Shown: positions 11,155-21,042 of the stretch, piece after piece
Position numbering within the stretch: position 1 is the stretch's first letter
Layout: each line of letters starts with the position of its first letter
Notes under the pieces: model-generated
What the model was told of the DNA's origin: nothing
Seen by the model: only the letters and a program-made list of their open reading frames with translations
Databases searched by the model: none
DNA from: Candidatus Bathyarchaeota archaeon
GTDB lineage: Archaea > Thermoproteota > Bathyarchaeia > Bathyarchaeales > Bathycorpusculaceae
Direction of reading: 5' to 3'
DNA: 36,728 nt
NCBI GenBank assembly: GCA_963806535.1
Contig: CAWDYC010000012.1
Coordinates: 1-36,728, forward strand
Made by a program: the position numbers and the translations under genes

Positions 11155-13119
11155 ATGACAGAAGCTAGTTTACCTTTCAACGAAAGGTATAGTCCAAGTA
11201 TCGCAAAAGTTTCTAATGGAGAAAAACGAAAACAAGAATGGGAAAAATCACTAAAGAATCCACAAGAATACTGGGCAGAAAAAGCAAAAGCCATCGATTG
11301 GTTTAAGCCATTCAGCAAAGCCCTTGACGATTCAAACCCGCCATTTTACAAGTGGTTCCCAGACGGAGAACTAAACATTTGCTACAACGCTCTAGACAGA
11401 CATGTAAAAACTAACCGTAAAAACAAGCTTGCCTACATTTGGGAAGGCGAAATGGGCGAAGTAAAAACTTACACTTACTATCAACTTTATAGAGAAGTAA
11501 ACAAACTTGCAAAAGCACTAAAAGACTTAGGCGTCAAAAAAGGCGACCGAGTAGCAGTTTTCCTTACCTGTTATTCCAGAGTTGCCAATAACTTTGCTTG
11601 CAACAACAAGAATCGGTGGAGTTCACACAGTAGTCTTTTCAGGATTTAGCGCTGAAGCATTAGCAGACAGAGTAAACGATTGTGGAGCAAAAATCTTAGT
11701 AACTGCAGACGGCTCTTTCCGAAGAGGAAAACCAGTCGGAATCAAAGACAACGCAGACCGTGCAACACCACTTATGCCTAACATCGAAAAAGTCATTGTT
11801 GTTAAACGGACAGGTCAACCTGTTCAGATGAAGGAAGGCAGAGACATTTGGTATCATGATGCACTTGCAAATGCAGGCGCAAATGCCTATGTTGAACCAG
11901 AAAGCATGAAATCAACCGATCCACTATTCATTCTATACACTTCAGGAACTACAGGTAAACCAAAAGGTGTTCAACATGGAATAGGCGGATACCTTGTTTG
12001 GGCTTACTGGACGCTTAAATGGGCATTTAACCCAACTGACGAAGACATTTACTGGTGCGTTGCAGACATCGGCTGGATCACAGGACACACATACAACGTT
12101 TATGCACCATTAAGCAGCGGAATCACAGCATTCCTATTCGAAGGTACACCAGATTACCCAGGCCAAGACCGATGGTGGCAAATGATTGAAACCCACGGCA
12201 TAACCATCCTCTATGGTACACCAACCGCTGTGCGAATGTTCATGAAATTCGGCGAAGACTTAGTGAACAAACATGACCTCAGCAGCTTACGTATACTCGG
12301 CTCAGTAGGTGAACCAATAAACCCTGAAGCATGGAAATGGTATTATCGCGTCATAGGCAAAGAAAAACTACCGATAATTGACACTTGGTGGCAAACAGAA
12401 ACAGGCGGATTCATGATTTCTCCAGCCTCAGGCATAGAACTAACACCTTTAAAACCAGGTCAGCGCAACTCTTCCATTGCCCTCAGTCAACGCAGACATT
12501 TATGACGAGAAAGGACAGCCAGTACAACCAGGAAACAAAGGCGTACCTAGTAATCAAAGTCACCTTGGCCAGGAATGCTTCAGACAATCTGGAAAGACCC
12601 CGACCGCTTCAAGCAAACATACTTTGGCAGATGGCCCGGAATCTACTTCTCAGGCGACTACGCAATACGTGACCCTGATGGTTACTTCTGGCTCCTCGGC
12701 AGATCAGACGAAGTTCTCAAAGTAGCAGGACACCGAATCGGTACAGTTGAACTTGAAAGTGCATTGGTTTCTCACCCAGCAGTCTCTGAAGCAGCAGTTA
12801 TGGGCAAAGAAGACGCAGTTAAAGGCGAAGTTCCAGTAGCATTCGTAGTACTTACGAAGCGGATTCACAGCATCCGACGAACTTACGTGCAGAACTCATA
12901 AAACATGTTAGAACAACAATTGGTCCAATCGCAACTCCAGACGCAGTAATCATCGTTAACAAGCTGCCAAAAACACGAAGCGGCAAAATCATGCGTAGAC
13001 TCCTCAAAGCAGTCTTGACTGGTGCACCACTAGGCGACACATCAACAATCGAAGACGAAGGCTCAATCGAAGACATAAAAGCAACATACAGCGAACTGCG
13101 AAAGCAACTCGCCAAATAA
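11155..13119 (+). CDS. acs: Acetate--CoA ligase (AMP-forming acetyl-CoA synthetase); several apparent frameshifts
   Basis: [66 protein letters not shown]; stop TAA 13117-13119. Confidence 0.92.
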
Positions 13120-13172
13120 TTTCTTTTTTTTAGTTTTACTTATTGATAACTGTTTTTTTTTGCGCAGATTTT

Positions 13173-13288
13173 TTCTTTGTGTTTTAGATTGCTTTTCTGT
13201 TTTAAGGTTTGAATCTTCTCCAGGTTGCGTCTAGATTTGTCCCAAAAAGTCCCCTTCCGTCCCGAAAAGTCCTGAAAAGTCCCCAAAA
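13173..13288 (+). repeat. Dispersed element copy 2: 56-nt leader plus 6 x 10-bp array (consensus GTCCCNAAAA)
   Basis: Leader 13173-13228; units from 13229: gtctagattt gtcccaaaaa gtccccttcc gtcccgaaaa gtcctgaaaa gtccccaaaa. Confidence 0.85.
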
Positions 13289-13421
13289 CGTTTAGAAAGA
13301 AAACGTGAAAAAGTTAATAACCTAAGGGTCTAGATAGTTCCAAGCTTTTGTTTTCAATGACATTTCTTTGTGTAAATGTGTTTTTCTTCTTTAGATCTTA
13401 AAATGTTTACAAGCAGCATCA

Positions 13422-14537
13422 TCATAATCGGAATTTGTGGCTCTTCGTTTGCACTTCTGTCCCCAATTCTTTGGCGAACTGTTCCAGAGCCACGCGTTGC
13501 TGTTGTGTAAGTTTTTCTGGAACCGCTATGCCTATACGCACATTTAAGTTGCCTCTTCCATATGCCCTGAAACGTGGCATGCCTTTTCCTCTCAACGTTA
13601 TTGTTTCTCCAACTTGTGTTCCAGGATGAATTTTAACAGTTGTTGGCCCTTCAAGTGTAGGAACCGTTATTTCAGCGCCAAGTGCAGCTTGAGGATAAGT
13701 AATCATAGCTACATACCAGAGGTCCTCTGCCTCTCTGATAAATTGCTGATTAGTCTTAACATGCACGACAACGTAGAGGTCTCCCGGTTCGCCACTGCTT
13801 TCTGTCATTTCCCCTTCCCCACGAAGCCGCAACTGATATCCTTCGTCAATGCCCGACGGAATATGTACAGTGATTTTTCTTCGTTTTCTGACTAAACCTG
13901 AACCACGACAGTTACTGCAAGGAATTTCAATTATCCTGCCTTTCCCCCTACATTGAGGACAAGCAGTCACTTGCACAAATACGCCAAAGCTGCTTCTATG
14001 CTGAACTTGAACTTGCCCTGCACCGCCACATCGTGGGCAAACTTTAGCAGTTGTACCTGGAGCCGCACCTGAGCCTCCGCATACGTCGCAGCGCTCTGTT
14101 CTTGGGATTTCAATTTCTTTGTCAGCTCCCTTAGCCGCTTCTTCCAGAGTTATTTCAAGGTCATAAGCTAAATCTTGACCTCTGTTGCTTCTTTCAGTGC
14201 CGAACCCGCCTCCTCCACCGAAGAAAGTGCGGAAAATATCGCCAAAGCCCATATCTCTAAAAACAGAGTCAAAGTCAGCACCTCTGAAAATGTCTTCTTG
14301 TTTATATCTTTGGTCAAAACCTGAATGGCCAAGCTGATCGTATGTTTGTCTTTTTTGGTCGTCGGAGAGAACAGCGTAGGCTTCACTGATTTCCTTGAAT
14401 TTTTCTTCCGCTCCAGCATCCTTGTTTCGGTCAGGATGAAATTGCATAGCTAGTTTTCTGTAAGCATCTTTAATTTCATCTTGGGAAGCGCCACGTTGAA
14501 CGCCAAGAATTTCATAGTAATCTCGTTTTTCTGCCAT
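13422..14537 (-). CDS. dnaJ: Chaperone DnaJ
   Basis: J domain with HPD, G/F region, four CxxCxGxG repeats. Confidence 0.97.
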   Translation of the reverse strand: MAEKRDYYEILGVQRGASQDEIKDAYRKLAMQFHPDRNKDAGAEEKFKEISEAYAVLSDDQKRQTYDQLGHSGFDQRYKQEDIFRGADFDSVFRDMGFGDIFRTFFGGGGGFGTERSNRGQDLAYDLEITLEEAAKGADKEIEIPRTERCDVCGGSGAAPGTTAKVCPRCGGAGQVQVQHRSSFGVFVQVTACPQCRGKGRIIEIPCSNCRGSGLVRKRRKITVHIPSGIDEGYQLRLRGEGEMTESSGEPGDLYVVVHVKTNQQFIREAEDLWYVAMITYPQAALGAEITVPTLEGPTTVKIHPGTQVGETITLRGKGMPRFRAYGRGNLNVRIGIAVPEKLTQQQRVALEQFAKELGTEVQTKSHKFRL

Positions 14538-14667
14538 TAGATTTACCACTAAACTCGCATTTATTTTACTTTAAGAGGTAGCTCCAGACTGGAATTTATA
14601 CCATTTCCCCTAATTTTTACCGTTTTTTAGGTTTCAACGGGATCTAAAAAAATAAAATTTGGAAAGA

Positions 14668-16596
14668 CTACTTTACTTTGTAGTCTTCTGAGTCTACCAC
14701 TTTTTCTTCGCCTGGGTTTTCGTAACCTGGACCTTCAGTTCCGCCGCTTGGTGGTGACTGCGGTCCTGCGCCTGCTTCTGGGCCCTGTCCTGGTTGCTGT
14801 CCTTGCTGTTTTGCTTGTTCAGCCGCTGCTTGCTGGTAAACCTTTGTTCCTACTTCTTGCAGTACTTTTTGGAGTTCGTCAGACTTTGTTTTCAACTGTG
14901 TTATGTCGTTAGTTGCTAGAGCATTTTTTAGTTCTGTCACGGCTGCGTCGATTTTGCTCACTTCTTCTGGACTGATTTTGCCCTCAAGGTCTGTTTTTGT
15001 TCGTTCAGCAGTATAGACTAAGCTGTCAGCATTGTTGCGTAGTTCAGCTTCTTCTCGATTCTTCTTGTCTTGGTCTGCATATTGTTCGGCATCTTTGATC
15101 AACCGTTCTTTTTCTTCTTTGGATAGTTTCGTTGATGCTGTTATTCTTATTTTTGATTCTTTTCCTGTAGCTATGTCTTTGGCGGTAACGTTCATTATGC
15201 CGTTGGCGTCTATGTCAAAAGTTACCTCTATTTGTGGGACACCTCTTGGTGCTGGTGGCAAATCTACAAGGTTAAAAGTTCCTAGTGAAACATTGTTTTG
15301 TGCCATGGCTCGTTCGCCTTGCAATACGTGGATTGTAACTGCGGTTTGGAAGTCTGCCGCTGTGGTAAAGATTTGGCTTCTCTTAGTTGGTATTGTTGTG
15401 TTTTTGTCCATTACTCTAGTCATTACGCCGCCCATTGTTTCAACACCTAAACTTAATGGCGTGACATCGAGGAGTAGTAGGTCGGTGACTTCGCCTGATA
15501 CAACGCCTGCTTGGATAGCTGCGCCTATGGCGACGCTTTCCATTGGGTCGATGCCACGTTCTGGCGATTTGCCTAAGATTTGCTCAACAAATCGTTGGAC
15601 TAGAGGCATTCTGGTCATGCCGCCGATTAAGATGATTTTGTCAATTCCTTGTGGCGTTAATTTTGCGTCTTCGAGGGCTTTAAGAAGGGTCGGTTGTGTT
15701 CTCTGCACTATTGGCTGTGCTAAAGACTCCAGTTTTGTTCTGGTTAAAGTGAGGTGCAAGTGCTTAGGACCAGACGCGTCTGCTGTTAGAAACGGTAAAT
15801 CAATGTCGGTGCTCATAAGAGTAGAAAGTTCAATTTTCGCTTTTTCTGCGGCATCTTTGAGTCTCGGCATTGCCATTCTGTCATTTGAGATATCTATGCC
15901 TGTTTGACGTTTGAACTCGCCCAGTATGTAGTCCATTACTGCTTTGTCAACGTCTGTTCCGCCAAGTTGAGTGTCGCCGCTTGTGCTGAGCACTTGGAAA
16001 ACTCCTTTTCCAAAATCCATAACAGTAACATCATGTGTTCCTCCGCCGAAGCTGAAAACAAGGATTTTCATTTCTTGCTGCACTTTGTCTATGCCGTAGG
16101 CTAGGCACGCAGCTGTTGGTTCGTTTATTATTCGCATGACTTGGAAACCTGCGATTTCTCCTGCATCTTTTGTGGCTTGGCGTTGGTTGTCGTTGAAGTG
16201 GGCTGGGACAGTAATTACTGCTTTGTTGAGTGAGCCGCCTAGATACGTTTCTGCGTCTTTTTTGATTTTTTGAAGGATGAACGCTGAAATTTGCTGTGGA
16301 GTATATTCTTTGCCGTATACATTTACTTTGTAGTCGGTTCCCATTTTGCGTTTTATTTCAAAAATCGTTCCTTCTGGATTGGTTGCTGCTTGCCTTTTTG
16401 CAGGTTCACCTACCAAGAGTTGTCCATCTTTGGTAAAGGCTACAACTGAGGGGAACATTTTTCCTGCCATAGTTGGGCCTTCTGCGCTTGGAATAACCGT
16501 AGCATGTCCGCCTTCATAGATTGCGGCTGCTGAATTGGTTGTTCCTAAGTCTATTCCTAATACTTTTTGACTTGTTTTTTGATTTTGGTTACTCAT
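14668..16596 (-). CDS. dnaK: Chaperone DnaK (Hsp70)
   Basis: [45 protein letters not shown]. Confidence 0.97.
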   Translation of the reverse strand: MSNQNQKTSQKVLGIDLGTTNSAAAIYEGGHATVIPSAEGPTMAGKMFPSVVAFTKDGQLLVGEPAKRQAATNPEGTIFEIKRKMGTDYKVNVYGKEYTPQQISAFILQKIKKDAETYLGGSLNKAVITVPAHFNDNQRQATKDAGEIAGFQVMRIINEPTAACLAYGIDKVQQEMKILVFSFGGGTHDVTVMDFGKGVFQVLSTSGDTQLGGTDVDKAVMDYILGEFKRQTGIDISNDRMAMPRLKDAAEKAKIELSTLMSTDIDLPFLTADASGPKHLHLTLTRTKLESLAQPIVQRTQPTLLKALEDAKLTPQGIDKIILIGGMTRMPLVQRFVEQILGKSPERGIDPMESVAIGAAIQAGVVSGEVTDLLLLDVTPLSLGVETMGGVMTRVMDKNTTIPTKRSQIFTTAADFQTAVTIHVLQGERAMAQNNVSLGTFNLVDLPPAPRGVPQIEVTFDIDANGIMNVTAKDIATGKESKIRITASTKLSKEEKERLIKDAEQYADQDKKNREEAELRNNADSLVYTAERTKTDLEGKISPEEVSKIDAAVTELKNALATNDITQLKTKSDELQKVLQEVGTKVYQQAAAEQAKQQGQQPGQGPEAGAGPQSPPSGGTEGPGYENPGEEKVVDSEDYKVK

Positions 16597-16597
16597 T

Positions 16598-17146
16598 TTA
16601 TTTTTTTTCCTCCGTTTGGTTACTTTGATTTTTTGGTGAAACTGCTACTTTGACGATGGTTGGTCTGATGACTTTTCCTCTCATCAGGTAGCCTTTTCTT
16701 ATTTCCTCAAGCACTGTGCCATCAGGAACATTGTCTTGTTCTACAACGGCTACAGCGTTATGTCGTGAGGGGTCAAAAACTTTGCCTTCGGGGCTATCTA
16801 TTGCAGTGACACCTTCTTGCTCAAGAACCTTTCTGAGTTTCTTGAGAGTCATTTCGACTCCTTCTATCAACGAGTCAGGCGATGTTGAGATTTCACCGTT
16901 TTTGACGGCAAGCTCCAATTCATCAACAACGTCTAATAGTTGAATTACAAAGCGTTCGGTGCAGTAATTCTTTACTTGTTCTGCTTCCCTTGTAGATCGG
17001 TTCTTAAAGTTTTCAAGATCGGCTTGTAAGTACTTTAGTCTGATCAAGTAATCTTCTGAACGCTTCCTCTCGTTATCGAGGAGCTGTTCTAAGCTGTCCT
17101 TTGACTGTTCTTCTTGTTCATCAACCATTTTTGACCGTTCCTTCAT
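16598..17146 (-). CDS. grpE: Nucleotide exchange factor GrpE (alternative start 17128)
   Basis: [38 protein letters not shown]; directly upstream of dnaK. Confidence 0.95.
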   Translation of the reverse strand: MKERSKMVDEQEEQSKDSLEQLLDNERKRSEDYLIRLKYLQADLENFKNRSTREAEQVKNYCTERFVIQLLDVVDELELAVKNGEISTSPDSLIEGVEMTLKKLRKVLEQEGVTAIDSPEGKVFDPSRHNAVAVVEQDNVPDGTVLEEIRKGYLMRGKVIRPTIVKVAVSPKNQSNQTEEKK

Positions 17147-17155
17147 AGTTTTATT

Positions 17156-17569
17156 CTATGCGATGTATTTTTCCTTTTTTGCGTCTTTGGACCTTGGTTG
17201 TTCAAAAGGCAATACTGGGGTTTTGTCTTTCTGGATTTGGTTGCTTGGCGCTGTGTTGGATTGTTCGATGAATTTTCTAAATATGATCTCAGCGACTTGA
17301 TCTCCGACTGACTCTTCCTTGAGCTCAGCATCAAAGAAGTGTTTCTTGAAAGATTCGACTATTTCACTTTTGCTGATTACGACATTAGGGTTTTCGCTGT
17401 CATTCCATGCTACGGACATTAGTTTGTGGCCAAGCTCTATGAATATATTGACTAGGGTTGTATAGTCTATGTCGAAGGGGGCGTCTCCTGTGAGGAATCG
17501 TCCTTTTGTTAATAGGATTTTTTTGTCGTTTTCAGGGGTTACTGTTAGACTTCTACGCATGTACTTCAC
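17156..17569 (-). CDS. Hypothetical protein, possible ribbon-helix-helix regulator; first gene of the grpE-dnaK-dnaJ operon
   Basis: 137-aa ORF ending 9 nt before grpE; N-terminus RRSLTVT-PENDKKILLTK...DYTTLVNIFIELG fits a strand-helix-helix pattern. Confidence 0.6.
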   Translation of the reverse strand: MKYMRRSLTVTPENDKKILLTKGRFLTGDAPFDIDYTTLVNIFIELGHKLMSVAWNDSENPNVVISKSEIVESFKKHFFDAELKEESVGDQVAEIIFRKFIEQSNTAPSNQIQKDKTPVLPFEQPRSKDAKKEKYIA

Positions 17570-17604
17570 CAGTGCTTAAGCGATAAGTGCACCGCTTCAC
17601 CTTC

Positions 17605-17633
17605 AGCACGAGTGTGCGTGCTTGCTTATAAAT
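17605..17633 (-). promoter_or_regulatory. Putative TATA box plus palindromic operator of the dnaK operon
   Basis: Minus-strand TTTATAAG (~17625-17632) followed by the inverted repeat AGCACG-N6-CGTGCT (17605-17622). Confidence 0.5.
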
Positions 17634-17878
17634 TCTGTGGAAGAATAATTGCAAAATTACTTTCAAAGGTTCAAAATTTTGGGGTTAACATTGTTAGAAC
17701 ATTTTCTTGATTTTTGAAAAGAGAAATTTCTGGAATAGAAAATTTTTCCCAGTTTTAAAAACAATCGAGCTCTATATGACTTCTTCTTTTAATTATGGCG
17801 TTTTATTTTCTCTTCACGAAAAGCCTATAAACGATGATAGCTAAATTTTGCGGAACAAATTGAGGCGGATTTAAAAAT

Positions 17879-20800
17879 ACGGAAGGAAACCACGCAAATG
17901 AGACAAAAATTTGTCCAGAAAATCTTGAAAATAACAGCGCCTCCACTCCACAACTAAACTCTGAGGAGCTTCTAAGTCTTCCAGTAAGCGAACTACTATG
18001 TCGATTAGACGCTTCAAATTACGGCTTATCTTCGCAAGAAGCAGAAAAACGTCTCGAAATTTATGGCCGCAATGAATTTGCCAAGAAAAAGAAGCGTGCG
18101 GCTATCATAAATTTTCTTTCCCGTTTCAAAAGCCCGCTTGTCATAATTTTGATAATTGCGGGAGGTGTCTCAGCCGCCCTCGGTTCTATTCCAAGTGTAA
18201 TTGTGATTTACACTATGGTTTTCCTAAGCGTATCTTTGGCATATTATCAGGAAAATAATGCTTCAAAAGCAGCAGAGTTATTGAGAGAAAAAGTCGCTAC
18301 CTCAGCAACAGTTCTGAGAGACAATAATAAACAGGAAATTAAACTTCCACTGATTGTTCCCGGCGATGTAATCTGTCTTTCTGCAGGCGACATCACACCT
18401 GCAGATGCACGTATAATCGAAGCCAGAGACTTATTCGTTAATCAATCTGCATTAACTGGTGAATCATTCCCAGTTGAGAAAACTTCAGCGCCAATAAAAT
18501 CTAAAGATGCAGCAATTACTGAATGGAATAACTATCTGTTCATGGGCACCTCGATAGTTAGCGGAACAGCCTTAGCGTTGGTTGTCAGAACCGGCGGTTT
18601 AACCGAATATGGAAAAATCGCTCAAAAGTTAGTTGACAAGGCACCTGAGACAGAATTTGAGAGAGGCACCAAACAATTCGGTTTTCTCATAATGCAGGTT
18701 ACCTTTTTGCTTGTTATGTTTGTTTTCATGATAAATGCACTTCTTCACCCAAATGCAAATGGCATACTAAACGCTCTTCTTTTCGCCGTTGCTCTTGCAG
18801 TAGGTTTGACACCTGAACTTCTTCCCATGATTATTACCATAAACCTTTCAAAAGGAGCTCAAGCGATGTCAAAAAAAGGAGTAATCGTAAAACGATTATC
18901 ATCAATCGAAACGTTTGGTAGCATGAACGTCTTATGCACGGACAAAACGGGAACACTTACAGAGAATCTGATTAAACTTGTTCTCCACATAGATATGGAG
19001 GGAAAAGATGATGAAAAAGTCCTCCAATACTCCTATCTGAATAGTCGATTTCAGACTGGTCTTAAAAGTCCGCTGGATGAGGCAATTCTGAAGCATGAAG
19101 ATATTGACATTTCAAGGTTCAAAAAAATTGATGAAGTTCCCTTTGACTTTGTGCGAAGACGCGTTTCTGTTGTAGTTGAGCAGGAAAGGCAACGGTTTTT
19201 TATTGCTAAGGGTGCTCCTGAAGAAATCCTAAAAGTTTGTTCTTATTGCGAATTGGATGGGGTAATTTCTGATATTTCTGACGAAACTCGACAGAAGATT
19301 GAGCAGAAGTATCTTGACTTAAGCGCTGAAGGATTAAGAGTTTTAGGAGTTTCATCCAAAAAGCTCAAAGAAGAAAAAGCTGTTTACTCAATCAACGACG
19401 AAAGCGCCATGACTTTTGTCGGGTTTGTGGCTTTTCTTGACCCTCCAAAAGAAACAGCTAAGCACTCACTCGAAATTCTCAGCAAAGCCAAAGTCGAGCT
19501 GAAAATTTTAACGGGTGATAATGAGCTTGTTACCCGAAAAGTTTGCAGCGAATTAGGTTTTGAAATTAAAGGAGTAGCTTTGGGAAATGATATAGCCCAG
19601 ATGTCTGATGAAGCGCTCGCAGCTGCGGTGGAAGACGTAAACGTGTTTGCACGGGTAACTCCAGCTCAAAAAGACCGTATCATAAACGTTTTGAAGACAA
19701 ACGGTCATATAGTTGGTTTCATGGGCGACGGAATCAATGATGCTCCATCTTTGAAGACATCAGACGTGGGTATATCCGTAAACAACGCGGTGGATGTTGC
19801 CAAAGAATCCGCCGACATCATCTTATTGAAAAATGATTTAACAGTTTTAGGCGAAGGTGTGTTGGAAGGGCGAAAAACTTTTGGCAATACGATGAAGTAC
19901 ATTATGATGGGTGTAAGTTCAAATTTTGGCAACATGTTTAGTGCTGCTGGTGGCTCGATATTTTTGCCGTTTTTGCCCATGTTGCCCATCCAAATACTTC
20001 TAAACAACCTTCTGTATGACACTTCGCAAACAGTCATGACCACTGATAATGTGGATGCAGAATACATCGAAAAACCCAAACGATGGGATATTTCCTTCAT
20101 TAGAAGATTTATGATTATTATAGGTCCAGTAAGCTCTCTTTTTGATTATGTAACCTTCTTTACGATGCTATTTGTTTTTCAAAAGTTTATAGACCCTACT
20201 TTGTTCCCGGGGGCGTTCCAAACTGCATGGTTCACCGAATCACTTTGTTCGCAAACGCTCGTAGTACTCATAATAAGAACTAGACGAGTACCTTTCTACA
20301 AGAGCAAACCCAGCAAATATTTAGCGATAATGCTCCTCGCTGTCATCAGCTTTGCAATATTAGTGCCCTACACTCCAATTGGAGCATTTTTTGGATTTGT
20401 ACCGCCTCCACCTTTATTTTACTTAGCTTTAGCCGGAATTCTCGGTGCCTATGCAGTGCTAGCTGAAACTGTCAAAAAATTATTTTATAAACGGTATGGT
20501 CAACGTGTAGAACAGGTTTTAGTGCCTAAACGAAAGACCATTTATTCGACAAGTAGGGCAACGAAGTTCATGCAGGATATGATTGCTGTGATTAGTCTTC
20601 GGTCTGAAGATGTACTTTTAATTGAATCATTGGCTGAAGACTTGAAAAACGTTTTGAACTATCCGCTTAACTCAGGACATATGATTCGAAATCTTCAACA
20701 TTTGCAACGTTCAGGATTAGTGAGTGTGAATTGGCAAGCCAGAACAATAAAACGTGAGGCTGCGCTGAAAGAATATGTAAAGAAAAATGTAACTGCTAGC

Positions 20801-20929
20801 GAAATGTGGGCAACTAAGGCAGCAGATTGGCGTGAAATATGCTTAATACTGCAAAAAATGCATGAAACAATAAATATTGAATATCAAAACTATTGCATGC
20901 AAAATAATGGAAATGGAAAGTTTTCTTAA
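17879..20929 (+). CDS. mgtA: Magnesium-translocating P-type ATPase (type IIIB) with C-terminal extension; start uncertain
   Basis: QSALTGES, VGLTPELLP, LCTDKTGTLT, MGDGINDAPSL, SSNFGNMFS, QILLNNLLYD. The frame is open from 17864 and encodes GLSSQEAEKRLEIYGRN upstream of the listed TTG 18149. Confidence 0.92.
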   Translation, partial: TEGNHANETKICPENLENNSASTPQLNSEELLSLPVSELLCRLDASNYGLSSQEAEKRLEIYGRNEFAKKKKRAAIINFLSRFKSPLVIILIIAGGVSAALGSIPSVIVIYTMVFLSVSLAYYQENNASKAAELLREKVATSATVLRDNNKQEIKLPLIVPGDVICLSAGDITPADARIIEARDLFVNQSALTGESFPVEKTSAPIKSKDAAITEWNNYLFMGTSIVSGTALALVVRTGGLTEYGKIAQKLVDKAPETEFERGTKQFGFLIMQVTFLLVMFVFMINALLHPNANGILNALLFAVALAVGLTPELLPMIITINLSKGAQAMSKKGVIVKRLSSIETFGSMNVLCTDKTGTLTENLIKLVLHIDMEGKDDEKVLQYSYLNSRFQTGLKSPLDEAILKHEDIDISRFKKIDEVPFDFVRRRVSVVVEQERQRFFIAKGAPEEILKVCSYCELDGVISDISDETRQKIEQKYLDLSAEGLRVLGVSSKKLKEEKAVYSINDESAMTFVGFVAFLDPPKETAKHSLEILSKAKVELKILTGDNELVTRKVCSELGFEIKGVALGNDIAQMSDEALAAAVEDVNVFARVTPAQKDRIINVLKTNGHIVGFMGDGINDAPSLKTSDVGISVNNAVDVAKESADIILLKNDLTVLGEGVLEGRKTFGNTMKYIMMGVSSNFGNMFSAAGGSIFLPFLPMLPIQILLNNLLYDTSQTVMTTDNVDAEYIEKPKRWDISFIRRFMIIIGPVSSLFDYVTFFTMLFVFQKFIDPTLFPGAFQTAWFTESLCSQTLVVLIIRTRRVPFYKSKPSKYLAIMLLAVISFAILVPYTPIGAFFGFVPPPPLFYLALAGILGAYAVLAETVKKLFYKRYGQRVEQVLVPKRKTIYSTSRATKFMQDMIAVISLRSEDVLLIESLAEDLKNVLNYPLNSGHMIRNLQHLQRSGLVSVNWQARTIKREAALKEYVKKNVTASEMWATKAADWREICLILQKMHETINIEYQNYCMQNNGNGKFS

Positions 20930-21042
20930 AGGAATTGACCTTTCAAGAAACATAGAAAAACATTGTACTATTTCCATTGGTGCAATTCGCCCTGTTTCCT
21001 GCACTTTGAAAACCAGATTTTTGATAGGCGAAGCTTCTAAAA

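Noticed and set aside
14622-14652. Inverted repeat between dnaK and dnaJ
   Set aside because: The stem is mostly T/A runs with a poorly paired core on the coding strand; too weak to call an attenuator.
15032-15907. 291-aa + strand ORF and the other long antisense ORFs over housekeeping genes
   Set aside because: Shadow frames of well-supported genes (dnaK antisense ORFs are a familiar artefact); no motifs.
17605-17622. CIRCE element
   Set aside because: Shares only AGCAC/GTGCT; arms and spacing differ from TTAGCACTC-N9-GAGTGCTAA and no hrcA is present. Kept as a different candidate operator.
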